This document shows positions 14,098 through 27,202 of a DNA stretch of 64,000 nucleotides, one piece after another. Under the pieces are notes generated by a model. It was not told the origin of the DNA, ran no database searches, and was given only the letters and a program-made list of their open reading frames with translations. Source of the DNA: Heteronotia binoei (lineage: Eukaryota); assembly GCF_032191835.1 (NCBI RefSeq), contig NC_083227.1, forward strand, positions 139,004,001-139,068,000, written 5' to 3'. Every line of letters begins with the position of its first letter. Position 1 is the stretch's first letter. A program made the translations under genes and the position numbers.

Positions 14098-14317
14098 GCC
14101 CTGACCTGGATAGCCCAGGCAAGCTCGATCTCATCAGATCTCAGAAGCTAAGCAAAGTCGACTGTGGTTAGTACTTGGATGGAAGATTGTCCTGAAATAC
14201 CCAGTCAGGAGGCAGGAGCAGGCTTATTCGGTCATCTCCCTGAATATCCTCCAGGCCCCCGGTAGGAGTCAGTCACCAGAGGTTGACATGACTTCCAGGT
14301 GCAGACACACACACATG
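14098..14317 (+). mobile_element. 5S rRNA-derived SINE with a CA-rich tail
   Basis: 5S-like head; body shared with 54216-54450. Confidence 0.72.
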
Positions 14318-14350
14318 AAAAATTAAAAAGAAAATGTACTTTTACAATGT

Positions 14351-14489
14351 AAAGGTAAAGGTAGTCCCCTATGCAAGGATCAGTCGCTTCCAACTCTGGG
14401 GTAATGTTGCATCACAACATTTTCATGGCAGATTTTTTACGGGGTGGTTTGCCATTGCCTTCCCCAGTCATCTACACTTTACCCCCAGC
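14351..14489 (-). mobile_element. Sauria SINE, 3' half only
   Basis: aaaggtaaaggtagtcccct...acccccagc matches the other two copies. Confidence 0.8.
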
Positions 14490-14566
14490 GTTCTAGCTAA
14501 GGCTCTGGTACTAAAAATTTTTTATACAGAATGACCTGAAAAGTCTTGGCTTGTGTTGCAGTCCGT

Positions 14567-14780
14567 GACTGTAGCAGTTAGAGTATCAGACTAGGATCTA
14601 GGAAACCCAAATCCATACTCCAAGGAAATCCATACTCCAAGGGAATCCAAAGAGAAATTTGCTGGGTTACTCTAAGTCTGGACCATGCCACAGGGTTATT
14701 ATGAAGTTAGAGAAGTGGAAAACAATGTATATCACCGTAATGTGCATGGAAGAAGTACAGTATAAAAATGTACTAAATAA
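14567..14780 (+). mobile_element. Degenerate MIR/Squam3-like SINE
   Basis: tRNA-like gttagagtatcagactaggatctagg start and an aaataaata end. Confidence 0.45.
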
Positions 14781-15346
14781 ATATGTACACGTATGTTCAC
14801 AGATGATTTAAATTCTTCTTTTGTCATGTCAGCTTGGTTCTGGTTTTCAGAGATCTAAATACTTTCTGATGCATTTAGATTTCTATTAAATCCCTCTTTT
14901 GAACTGAAACCACTTATTAAAGAACACTCCAAAAACAGCAAATCCTATATTGTATAATTGCAACTATTGTTCCTGTGGATTAATTTCTCCCCTTTTTCAA
15001 CAATGAATTACTAACTAGTGGAAGGAAACACTACTCAGCCACTCAACAGACACCAGTTCCCTCAGCCCAGGTGACACTGGGCTTGCCTGGCTTTGGGACA
15101 CAGAGGTGGAGGAGACTTACTAGTTAAGTGTTGCAGTGTTAATTGTAGTTGGCCATCAGACACAGAATTTACATTGGGAAACAGTTCTGTTTTATTTATT
15201 TATTTGAACTATTATTATGCTGCCTTTCCACTTGGTTCACAAGGCAGCAAATTAAGAAAACATTAAAACATTTAAGCAATTAAGAAGCACAGTTAAAATT
15301 ATAAAAATAATTCAATTAAAACACATTTTGGTAGCAGCTACCATTC

Positions 15347-18300
15347 AGATTGGCACATTGGTACTTACTGTGAAGGTTCATTCTCCTTGGAAGTGACTAG
15401 GAGACCTAGATGTGTGAGGAACTCCCCTCCCTCTACTTTTGGCAGCAAGAAGTCCAGCTTTATTGTTCTGGAGGGCAGTAGTTCCCCCATCTCCCCTACA
15501 GTCCAGAAACTTCGGTAGGTCTCCTGGCACACAAGTAATCTGAAAAATTTAGCAAATGCAGCAACACAATCCAACCCAGACTAACAACTAGGTCAATCAC
15601 TCGATCAAGGAAATTCCCTTTTTCTACAACATCTCTGTCCTTCTGCACCTCTATGTTTCATTTCCCTCTTTAGGGGGGTATTTGGGCCCAAGTCCCCTAG
15701 TCACTTCCAAGGAGAATGGACTTTCACGGAAAGTACTAATGTGCCAATCTCCTTTGGAAGGACTAGGAGACCCAGATGTGTAGGGATATAACAAAGCATA
15801 CTGTCCTCAGGGTGGGTGGGTACAAAAACCTCAGCACCCTTAATCCTCTTGCACTATCTGCAGAAGGACTCAGTGGCCAAGGGCTGTATCCAGAGATGTC
15901 CACTTGACTACCTTATAGGGTGTATGAAGGTATGACTGGGCCAAATAATCACTTTACTTATCTCCTCCATAGAAATACAGTCTTCCAGGGCTGTGGAAGT
16001 GGCTTTCCTCCGAGCGAATCATTCTGAATATTCTTGAGGGGAGGGAACTTGGCTCCATCTTTAGTTAATAGGATGTATTGCTTCAGCCACATACTCAATG
16101 TAGTCTTGGTTATCCTCTTAACCTTTCTGGGGTGACCAATGCCCCCAAGAGCAAATAAGACCTATGCCACTGTTTAGCTCTAAAATATATATATGCAAAG
16201 AGCCCAACAGACATATAGAGTAGCTATCCCTACTCTTTTTGGTGTGATGGATTAGGGCAAAGGTAGGAAGATCTCAGATATATGGAACATGCAAGTTAAT
16301 CTTGGTCAGTCACAAAAACCACCATGTCCTGATGGAACACACACAATTCCTTTTTTATAGAGAGGGCTCCTATTTCTAAGACTTTATGGGCTGAAGTCAC
16401 CAAGACCAGGAAGAAGCTCTTTAACATCATTGCCTTCAAAGAACCTCAAGAAGCAATTCAAATGGCCAAATTAAGCCTCCATGCTGGAAATCTGTGTACT
16501 GTAGGAAAAAGGGAAAGGAGATGCTCCCTATCCCCCCAAAAAATCTCTTAATCAGCAAATGTGAGGGGATTGGGTGACCATCACTCTGGTAGAGTGGTAG
16601 CTAGAACTGTCAATCCTCTCTTTAAAGTACTGGGGCATAGGTCATTGTTAAGCTGTTCTGTAAGAAAGGCAATAAATATGTCCTTCAGAGCTGGGTTCAA
16701 ATTCTCCACACAACTATCAGTGCACCAGCACTGGAGGCCTGCCATGAAAACATCAAAGACTCTAGAAGTGAACATAACCACTGGCAGTTAGAACACTTTG
16801 AATCATTTTGTCTGAGAGCAGTAAATGATTTAGGATCAGTGATCAAGAACCAGGCAGTTAACTTGAAACTCCCAGGACTTGAAGAACAATTGGCCCCTGC
16901 TTCAGAAGGACCACTGAAATTGGAAAAATTCAGGGTTCCCCTTTGAGCAGACACACCAGACTCAGGAACCATAAGAACATAAGAGAAGCCATGTTGGATC
17001 AGGCCAACGGCCTATCAAGTCCAACACTCTGTGTCACACAGTGGCAAAAAATTTTATATACACACATACACTGTGGCTAATAGCCACTGATGGACCTGTG
17101 CTCCATATTTTTATCTAAACCCCTCTTGAAGGTGGCTATACTTGTGGCCGCCACCACCTCCTGTGGCAGTGAATTCCACATGTTAATCACCCTTTGGGTG
17201 AAGAAGTACTTCCTTTTATCCGTTTTAACCTTTCTGCTCAGCAATTTCATCGAATGCCCACGAGTTCTTGTATTGTGAGAAAGGGAGAAAAGTACTTCTT
17301 TCTCTACTTTCTCCATCCCATGCATTATCTTGTAAACCTCTATCATGTCACCCCGCAGTCGACGTTTCTCCAAGCTAAAGAGTCCCAAGCGTTTCAACCT
17401 TTCTTCATAGGGAAAGTGCTCCAGCCCTTTAATCATTCTAGTTGCCCTTCTCTGGACTTTCTCCAATGCTATAATATCCTTTTTGAGGTGCGGCGACCAG
17501 AACTGCACACAGTACTCCAAATGAGACCGCACCATCGATTTATACAGGGGCATTATGATACTGGCTGATTTGTTTTCAATCCCCTTCCTAATAATTCCCA
17601 GCATGGCGTTGGCCTTTTTTATTGCAGATGCACACTGTCTTGACATTTTCAGTGAGCTATCCACCATGACCCCAAGATCTCTCTGTTGGTCCGTCTCTGC
17701 CAGTTCACACCCCATCAACTTGTATTTGTAGCTGGGATTCTTGGCCCCAATGTGCATTACTTTGCACTTGGCCACATTGAACCGCATCTGCCACGTTGAC
17801 GCCCACTCACCCAGCCTCAACAGATCCCTTTGGAGTTCCTCACAATCCTCTCTGGTTCTCACCACCCTGAACAATTTAGTGTCATCCGCAAACTTGGCCA
17901 CTTCACTGCTCACTCCGAACTCTAAATCATTTATGAACAAGTTAAAGAGCATGGGACCCAGTACCGAGCCCTGCGGCACCCCACTGCTTACCATCCTCCA
18001 CTGCGAAGACTGCCCATTTATACTCACTCTCTGCTTCCTATTACTAAGCCAGTTTTTGATCCACAAGAGCACCTGTCCTTCTGGGCCAAAAAAGGGAGCA
18101 ACACCAACAACTTGTGCACCCAGTTCCTTCACCTTGCAAAGGCATCGATGTACAGCTGGTATTGGAGGAAACGCATAGAGAAAACCCTCTGGCCAGGACT
18201 GGAGGAAGGCATTCATCTCACAGGTACTGGCTGCAGACTAATGTCTTCAGAGACTCTTCGTTTGGGTTCAGAACTGATTTGGGAAGCCAGTCTACTTCCC

Positions 18301-20770
18301 TGATTGCCAAGCCCTGAATGTGATCTGCTCTTATGCTTTGTAGTTGAAATTCTGACCACCTCATGACCCTTGAAGCTTACTCTAAAGGCTTCTCAATCTG
18401 GTGCCTCCCTGTGTGTACACATGGGCCTTCGCCAACATGTTGTTGGTCCAGATGCCCACAAATGAGGATTCGATGGTTGAAGGTAAAATGATGAAGGACC
18501 GAGGAAAAGGTTCACAACTATGGCTAATTTCTTGGCTTGGAATGACCCCAAAGAGACCAATTCCCTTGTACATGAGTTGACTCCATGTGAGCTCCCCATC
18601 CCCCAGGTTGACATCAATTATCACCACCAGCTTTGGGGTGAGAAGAATGAATTTGTCTCTCAAAGGGCTGGAGGGGTTGGACCACCAAATTAAGATGATC
18701 TCACTTGTTTAAAACCAGAATTTTCCAGTGACACTTAACTAATACTGACAGGGAAGAATTAGCCACTGCAGATCTTTCAAATGTATTCTCACCCATGGGA
18801 CCATCTCAGTGGTAGAGATCATGTGGCCCAATGGGACCTGAAAGGAACATGATGCTCTAACTGGGGCATCTCACTTTATGCTTGGGGGGGTCCAGTATTC
18901 CCTATTAGTTTGGAACCTGTAGGAAGGTTTATAGCAATTCCTGGAAAATCTGCTTTAGACCTGGGGGCTCCTAGAAGGTCAAAATGTCCTAGAGACCACA
19001 GAGGAACAGCCCAAATGTCTGGATCCTCTCCTGGAGATTTTATGGTCTGATAGTGGGATAATTTTGTTCTTCTGTTTAGTCTCAATTAGAATCCCTTCTA
19101 GCTTGTCCTCCAAGAGCATATAACCCTTCACTCTTAAAGGAATAAGATGCCACTATGGTCTCAGCTGATGCTTCCATCCACCATTCTTCAGCCTCAGGAT
19201 TCACCTGGTGACCATAGTAGCACCATTGGCCCTTACCACACTACATAGTAACCAAAGTAGTATCAGTTACAAAAGCCATGACCTTCTCTACCCTTAGGAG
19301 GTCAAATGGGGGGGGGCATCAGAAACCCTTATCTGCATCTTGCACAACCAAAGGAATGAAGTAAAGGCTAAAAAGGCACAAGGACACTGAAGCCTAAATA
19401 GAGAGGGCACTGATCTCATGGTCTCTGCACAGGGCTGTGTTGCTCCCACAGGCTGCAGCCTCTTAAAGTGCCCATGGGGCAGTGTTATCCAGATACCACA
19501 CTGGCCAAAGTAGCATCCACAATGGGATACATATGAGTTAGTTTGTTGAAACTGGGCAGGCATGACACTTCATAGCCTAAGCCACCTGAAACCTGAATAG
19601 GCTCATCCTATTCATTTCTCAGCACCTGGCTAGATACCTTAAAGAAGGGCATAACAGAGTCCACTACTAGAGTTGACCATAACCTCCTAGACCATCTCCA
19701 AGTCAGGAATTTCTTCCTCCTGATGTGGAAGATCCACCACAGGAGTAGAAAGTTTCAAGAACTTTACAGAAGGAGCAGAAGATGAAGGATGGTCTTGGTG
19801 GCAAAAGGCTTCTTGGGCTTGAGAGGAGATCCTCATCACTGATCTAACCTTCTTCCTCTTCAGAAAGGTCAGGGTTATTATTGGAAAGAACAAGGGAATT
19901 ATCCAAATTTGGTGAATTGTCTACTCATGAGTAGCATGTAAGGATCAAGGATTGCCTTTTGCAGGCTAGGTGAGGACCTTGCGTGGATCCTGTTCCCCTC
20001 TAACTCTAAAGGGCAGCTTGTTGCACTTACTACTACTGGATTGCCCCCAATTGGGGGAAGGGGGAGCTCTGGTGCTTGCGGCTGCTGTGATCCCTTCTGC
20101 TCATAGCCCCTTCTATAAAACATTCCAACCACTGCTGGAAGCCCTCTGGCATTCCTGGGGGGAGTGGGTCAAAGTACTCCAGATCAAGTTCTGATGCCAC
20201 CTTACACAATTCTAGTGCAGGTGAGAAAGGCATGGTCACCTTCTGGCAGGAAGAAAGCATGCCCCTCCTCTGGCACTCATTGCTATCTTGTCCCTTACCC
20301 GCTCACTCACAGAAAACAGAGAAGAAGAGAATGATTTGGGAAAAGCTCAGTGTCCCAATATCAGGGCCCTGGAAGCTCTGCTGGGCACATAATACCTCCT
20401 GCAGCCTAGAGGATGGAAGATCCCGCTGAGGGCTCCATTTCCATTTTCTGGTTCCTCAACTGTTTCCATGCAGCACTGCAAAGCTGAATATCCCCTGGGC
20501 TCCTGTGAGCCAAAGCTCTGCAAGATAGGGAAGATCATTGAAGATAAGGATGAATGCTGTAAATCAAGATGCTGGACTTCAAAGACAGCTCTGAAAATAA
20601 AAGCACTTAGAGAACTCTCTCCAAATGCTGCCTTCTCCATAGGTAGGAAGAAGTGAGATGAAGAAACTCCTCCCACTCCAGAACAATACAGCTGGACTTC
20701 CTGCTGCCAAAAATGGAGGGAAGGGAGTTCCCCCATGAATCCGGGTCTCCTAGTACTTCCAACGGAGAAT
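15347..20770 (-). mobile_element. Old, degenerate DIRS1-type element (element C), internally deleted and interrupted by CR1
   Basis: Inverted match 15347-15405 vs about 15697-15770 (ICR), followed by a segment matching the far end at 20739-20770. Remnant peptides: IWTNNMLAKAHVYTQGGTR (RNase H), AFLQSWPEGFLYAFPP and FKLTAW (MTase), IAFLTEQLNNDLCPSTLKR (YR N-terminus). Confidence 0.8.
16971..18078 (-). mobile_element. CR1 LINE, 5'-truncated, young, nested in element C
   Basis: Open RT C-terminus ([27 protein letters not shown]), 3' UTR and TTCTTATG-type tail. Confidence 0.93.
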
Positions 20771-20790
20771 AATGTTGCAAATAAGATGTT

Positions 20791-22260
20791 CTAGGTATTG
20801 AATTCATTTGTTATGTTACCTGATATAAATGCAACTTTGTTGGGCCGGGCCATGTGTATCATAAAATGTAATGCCAGGTAGTGGAGATGTAAACTTTATA
20901 AAGGGCACAAACACAATTAAAGATTTTTTAAAACTTAAAATAAAACATGCTTAAAACATTAGTACTCTTGCAGTATTTTGTTTATTTAGCAGACTCTGAT
21001 AACTGACACCTCTTGCTCTAAAATATAGCATCAAAATCTGGAGACAATGTCTGTGCTGTAGCAATCTTGAGTATGCTATTCAAGGGTTTATTTGTAAGTT
21101 GCAAACCTATTTTTGATTTATTGACATTAATTACATAAATCTCATGGTCAATGCTCAGAGCCTAAGACCCAGGGGAAAACATGGAATAGCTGGTCATTGT
21201 AAACTTTTGTACATAAATTGATCCATGTGCTGGCTAAGAACATGTGAAGGCACCATGGCACAGACTGAGAACCAGGACTTTTTTTGAGCAGGAATGCACA
21301 GGAACACAGTTCTGGCTGGCTTATTGTCAGTGGGAGTGGCCTAATATGTAAATGAATTCCTGTTGGGCTTTTTCTACAAAAACCCCTATGTTAAACAATG
21401 GTAACATCAGAAGGTGTAGCCTAATATGCAAATCAGTTCCTGCTGGGCTTTTTCTACCAAAAAAGCCCTGCTGAGGACTATGTATTTGTCTACAAAACTG
21501 TAGTCTTCCCCAAAGAAATAACTACCACTCCTATGAGGCAGTACAACAATGGAGAGACAGTCATGTATAGTGGTCAATATCAGATTACTGTCTTGGAAGT
21601 CTAAGTTCAAAATCCACAATCACTCAAAGAGAAAAGGAAAATGTAAAAGAAAAATAAAAGAAAATGTGCTGGGTGAACTTGGTTTAGACACACAGTCTCA
21701 GCCTAGTCCACCTCACTGGCTTCTTGTTATTTCTCATTTGAATAGTTCACATGCTTTCCTACTGAGGGAGAATGGATCATGAGGGCATGAATACAGTGAT
21801 AAAGGGGAGGTAAACCTAGCTGAACCCAGGGGAGCCCTATCACAACAAGCCCAACAACGACACACACACACACACACACACAAACCCTCTCTCTGTAGCA
21901 AGGCAAAAAAGCTCATATCTTGAATAAAACTGTTGGTCTTAAAAGTGCTTTGTATTTCTCCCTGCAATTGAGGGAACTGGGCAAAGTAGCAAGGGGATAA
22001 GGAGGTGGAGGAGCCTCAGCCAATGGAAGGAAGAGAGTCTTGGCTCAGTAGCTCTGCTGTACAATTGAGAGTGGCTGACAAAGCAAGCTCTCTTGCTCTA
22101 CAGTGCCCGTGCAATTGAGAGAGTCTGGAAAAGCAAGCTGAGATGCAGAAGGAAGCAAGAGAGGGAGAAGGAAGCAGATGACACTGAGTTGCTCACAGGC
22201 CTGATAGGAGCCCCATGGTGGCCGGATTCTGCCTGCAGGCTTAATGTTTGACATGCCTGT
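20791..22260. mobile_element. Older copy of the same hAT MITE family with about 1 kb of nested or extra sequence
   Basis: 20791-20965 matches the 5' part and 21930-22260 the 3' part of 22518-23141; ends gtttgacatgcctg. Confidence 0.7.
21273..21470. mobile_element. Small hAT MITE nested in the previous element
   Basis: TIRs caggacttttttt / aaaaaagccctg; 8-bp TSD ctgagaac / ctgaggac; internal duplication of about 50 nt. Confidence 0.75.
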
Positions 22261-22517
22261 TCTGGAATATATATGACCAATATTTAGGAACTCTGCTGTT
22301 GTTTCTCCCAGTTCTGGACTGTCAGAGAAATCCCATAGTTTGTCTGTGAAAATGTAAGCTCGCCATGAAAAAGACAGCATTGAAAGGCCACTGATGGGGC
22401 TGAGGTAAGGGACAGGATACTGTATTGTCTCCTTATATAATTCAGCATTGTGTTTATCTGGTGGGCAATTCCCAATAAACATCCCATCCTTGACACTTAG
22501 TCACTTATCCTCTAAAG

Positions 22518-23141
22518 CAGGGGTGTCGAACTCATTTGATATGACAGCCGGATCTGACACAAATCAGACCTTGTCAGGCCAGGCCACATCGGGTTGGGTT
22601 GAGCCATGTTGGGCCAGGCCATGTGTGTACCTATATAAGATTAGGTAGCAGAGATATAAATTTTATAAAAAACACAAAACACAAATATATATTTTAAAAA
22701 ACTTAAAACATGCTTAAAACGTTAGCACTCATTGGTCTTAAAGATGCTTTCTTTGTATTTCTCCCATTGGATCCAGGGAACTGGGCAAAGGAAGCTCTGG
22801 CTCTTTCCCTCCTTCCCCAGGGGACCGGGGGGAGGGAACCTCGGCCAATAAAAGGAAGAGAGGCTTAGCCCAGTAGCTTTGCTATGCAATTGAGAGAGCC
22901 TGGCAAAGCAAGCTATTCTTCCCCGCTTCCTTCCCAAGGCAGGAGCCTCAGCCAATGGAGAAAAGAGAGGTTTTGCTCTGTAGCTCCTGTGGAATTGAGC
23001 AAGCCTTGCAAAGCAAGCTGTTATGCAGAAGGAAGCAAGAGAGAGGGAGAAGGAAGCAGATGACAGCCAGTTGCTCGGGGGCCTGACAGGAGCCCTCCGG
23101 TGGCCTGATTCGGCCCCTGAACTGCATGTTTGACACCCCTG
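22518..23141. mobile_element. Non-autonomous hAT element (MITE), 624 bp
   Basis: TIRs caggggtgtcgaac / gtttgacacccctg; perfect 8-bp TSD ctctaaag (22510-22517, 23142-23149). Confidence 0.9.
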
Positions 23142-23293
23142 CTCTAAAGCTTACCTTACTAAACAGCCTCCTCTAGCACTGGCTACTGTAGAACATTTGT
23201 TTACTGTATTTTTTTTTTTAAAAACCAGCATTATTCTTGTGTGTTTATGATGCACACATGCTTGCAGGCAAGAAAAACAAAACAAAAACATAC

Positions 23294-23395
23294 CGCATTT
23301 TTACACAGCTCTGCATATGTTCCATCGAAACCCTTTTTCTTGGCCCAGCCTGGCATGACTTCAACATCAGGTACCACAATTCCCACCAAAAAGGC
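23294..23395 (-). CDS. ACSL6: ACSL6 exon AFLVGIVVPDVEVMPGWAKKKGFDGTYAELCKNA, 102 nt
   Basis: cAG acceptor, GTATGT donor. Confidence 0.93.
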
Positions 23396-24311
23396 CTGCA
23401 AGGAGGGAGATAAAAGAGGAGCCATATTAATTTATCAGATGGCAGTCCAGCTTGATCACTTGCAATTCGCCATGCTCTGCTTCTGAAAATGAATGCTGCC
23501 ACCATTCTTTGCCCTTTGCTCCCATTCTCCAAAAGTACTACAGCAGCTCCCACTTATCACCCCAGCCAGATCACATAGTGTGTGCGAGATCATGTGTGTA
23601 GGAGGGAGTATACAAGGCCAAGGACCCTCCTCTGTTCCCCTGCTAGCTTCTGATAACAGTTTCCTTACAAAGGATTTTGCAAAAAGATTAGACTTTTGCT
23701 GCACAATCCTTCCCTTTTCAGTACCATCTGGACGTCAGCTTCAGAAGTTGCCGTGGCAAAACCTCAATGTGTGTGTGCTGACACGCAGACAGACACTACA
23801 GAATGTACCTATGAATAATTAACATCTCCCACACCAAGTTAGCTGACAGCTTACTATATATCCCAGAATGCCACATGCCTGGGGCAATGACAGAATGCAA
23901 GCTGGTAAATGCTCCTCCCACTAAACTGCCTATCTAGGAACTGAAAGGACTTTCTGGGCAGACAACTGGCATCAGCAGCCATCTCTATCCATTTTGCACA
24001 TAACAGCGAACACACAAATGACACAATTTATAAGTGTGTACATGCTGAACTTGCCTATTTGTACATTTGTATGCAAGGTGAGGTACTGTAATGATACATT
24101 CACTTCTTCAGAAATGCATACAACTGAGAAAAACACTGTAGCCTAAAAGTAGCCTAAAATCTGAAGATGTCTGAAGTGCAATACAGATGACTCCTGGCTC
24201 CCCCCCCCCCCATTCATCTCCCAGGAGGCTGCATTTAAGGCATTACAAATACAAAAGTGGTTTCTAACACATGACCAGATCGCAAGAGACAGTGTAAAAA
24301 CACAACGTTAC

Positions 24312-24455
24312 CTGTAAGCTATCTCCATGTACATATACCTGGGCCACAGGCTCACTACGAATGTAGATATTCTCAATTTTTTCTGGAGCAATGTATTCTC
24401 CCTGAGCCAGTTTAAATATATGTTTTTTCCGATCAATTATTTTAAGTGTACCATT
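24312..24455 (-). CDS. ACSL6: ACSL6 exon [48 protein letters not shown], 144 nt
   Basis: Manual translation; cAG acceptor, GTAACG donor. Confidence 0.93.
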
Positions 24456-25470
24456 CTGTCAGTAGGAAAAAATATTTAAAGTGAAAATAATGTCATTATG
24501 ATAGGCAGGCCTATCAAAACCTATAACTCAGTTGCCCTACACAGCACTTTAGGGCATTCCACTATAAAAGGAGACCTTTTAGTAAGCCTTACCACTCCCT
24601 GCTGACACCTGAAAGGCCAGTAGGAGAAAATGGTGGCCATGGGGAGTGACACACATCAATATTGCAGCAGTAGGGTCACTTGCAGTGAAACCCATTAGTG
24701 ACTTCATGGGATACTCTAGAATCCGCAGTTTTTGCAAATCCTAGAGCATCCCGTGACACCACTTCTGGCTTCCATTAGAAGTGATGTCAATACACCTGCA
24801 TGATACTAGCGCACCAGTCCCCACCCCTAAAATACTCCTGCTTTTGGAGGTTGCTGGCTATGGCTTGGCAACCCTACAAGCACAGATGCGTACTCTAGAG
24901 TTTAGAGGCCATATGGCCCTGCTGCTGTGCTGCGTTAAAGGAGTAGTGACCTCATTCCTTGCTAGGGAACAGTTTAAACATTAGTAATCAGCCAAACAAG
25001 AAGCAGAACCGCAATAAATGTAATGCAGAATTTATAAGAGAAACGAAGTCAATTTATGTTATTTCTAAAATCCATTAGAATGGAGAAATATTTATGAGGT
25101 TTAGATTTATTTAATCTAAAATGTTCATATACTTTCTCCCAAAGAAGATGCAACAATCTTGTGAATTAACTGAAGCTCATATAAGCCATTCAGTAAGCTA
25201 TACCAATGAACAGTGAAATATTCAAGTGAAATATCCCATATTCAAGTGACATTCTACCCATTGCGTAACACAGCCTCTCATCATAGTTCAGTATCACACC
25301 CACTATACTTTTAGAGTATCAGTTGCTCACAAACTTAACATTCATGTCAACATGCAACTGATTTAATATTATTTCAGTCTCCTAGGAAGGTCGTTTCAGA
25401 AGATATCCTTTGTAAACTGAACCTCTGTACAACATTTTACACGCAATGCTAGCAGATATTCTGTACTTAC

Positions 25471-25587
25471 AGGCAACCACTTTCCGACATCCCCTGTATG
25501 AAGCCAGCCATCCTTGTCTAATGCTTCAGCTGTTCTTTCTCTATCTTTCAGGTAGCCCTTGAAAACATTTGGCCCTTTCACACAGAT
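25471..25587 (-). CDS. ACSL6: ACSL6 exon [39 protein letters not shown], 117 nt
   Basis: FACS signature WLHTGD; cAG acceptor, GTAAGT donor. Confidence 0.95.
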
Positions 25588-27202
25588 CTGCAAGACGGAT
25601 CAATTTGTTGTAATCGCCACATTGATACTCCATTCTCAGAATAAATGTATGTTACTGCAACTGCAATTACTCATGATTCTGTACCATAACGTGTGTGTGT
25701 GACTAAGCCTTGGGAGAGGCTGATGTTGCCACATTCTGAACTCTTAATAACCGTCAGTTGTCTTGGAAATTATCAGTTGTCCTGAAAAACTGGCATGTAA
25801 CTGCCAGGGGGCCTATTTTTAAAGCAGTTTCCAATGCTATACTATGATCAGTTGTACATGTATATGAATGACACAAGTGGGGTACACCAAGAAAGGGCTA
25901 CACATGCATGCAACTTTAGAATGCCTTCTTAGCATTCTTTTGCATTCTTAGCAGCACATCTGTCTGCCTTGTGAAGCATCTATATTTTGCCCTTTGTACA
26001 TGCAAGCAACGAGTAATGTAATCATATTGCGTGTATTTTACTGGTCTTTATTTCATTCTTTCAAAATTCTGTAATCTGTCTTGAATCTTAATGAGAAAGA
26101 CAGATTATAAATGAAGTAAATACCACAACAAATTAAATGTCTCCACATTATACAGAACATATAGTAAAAAACCAAATGCTTCTCCCACAACTCTGTAGGG
26201 GTACAAAGAGTAGCCTGAGATAGGTAGATGCATCACACAGAGAGGGTCTTCTCTATGATGACTGAAGAATTGTCTCTCTACTCAGATTCACCTACACAAA
26301 TGTATTTTAAGTGCCAGGTAACTCTGAATCAAATATAGGGGCTACCACTTTCTGGAATTTATGGTTTCACAGCTGGTTTTATCATTTCTGTTTTTTATAT
26401 TGGACATTTGTGGTTTTCCTAGGTCTGGATTTATGTGAGTGCCTTTAGAGCAGAAAAAGTTAGAACTTAGGTCGTTAAATAGATGTAGGATGCTACTCTT
26501 GACTAACAGAACAAGTTCTGTGCTGTTCCCAACTGCTAGAAAAATTACCTCCTGGCATCTCACTAAAAGAATACTGTGCAGAGAACAGGCTCCTGGCCAT
26601 GGGCTAAGTATTTATGCCGGGGGGGAGGGGAAGCAAGGATGATTTGGGGCAACTGGGCCCAGCACTTGCTGTCAGCCAGTTGCCCCACCACAGAGGTCAG
26701 CTCATCATGGAATTGGTGGGGTACACAGAACTGCTGTAGTTCTGTGTACCCCACCAATTCCATGATGGCTTGTCTCTGGCACACTGCTCATGTTGGAAGG
26801 AGCAGACTGAAGAGGTGCTTGACATTCAGCAAATCTCTATCAGCAAAGAGAATTTCCATGCAACATTTCACCGCAAAAAGACTGTGTATAGTTTTGTCTA
26901 TCAGATGGGCCTACAAATGATGCTAGATAGCTAGGCAATCCTGTTGAAAATCTAGAGATTGTTGCTACTATGGAGTATTTATATTAGTCTATTATAAGGA
27001 CTGTATCAAAGGACTGTTTTTCACTGTTGACTTGCATATTTGGAACAAAAGCAACCCTTTCATACTTTCCTGTATTGATAATATATTAAAGCAATATACC
27101 TCAGTGTACACAACTACACATCTTGCCCCTCACAATAAATCATTGCTTTTTATAAGGTACAAATAAAGTAGCAAAGAGAATATCAACTACTTGATAAAAT
27201 AC

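Noticed and set aside
17077-18216. 379-aa ORF joining a methylase-like N-terminus to a CR1 RT
   Set aside because: Chance in-frame junction between decayed element C and a truncated CR1, aided by a T-run slip; both halves are partial and there is no expression evidence
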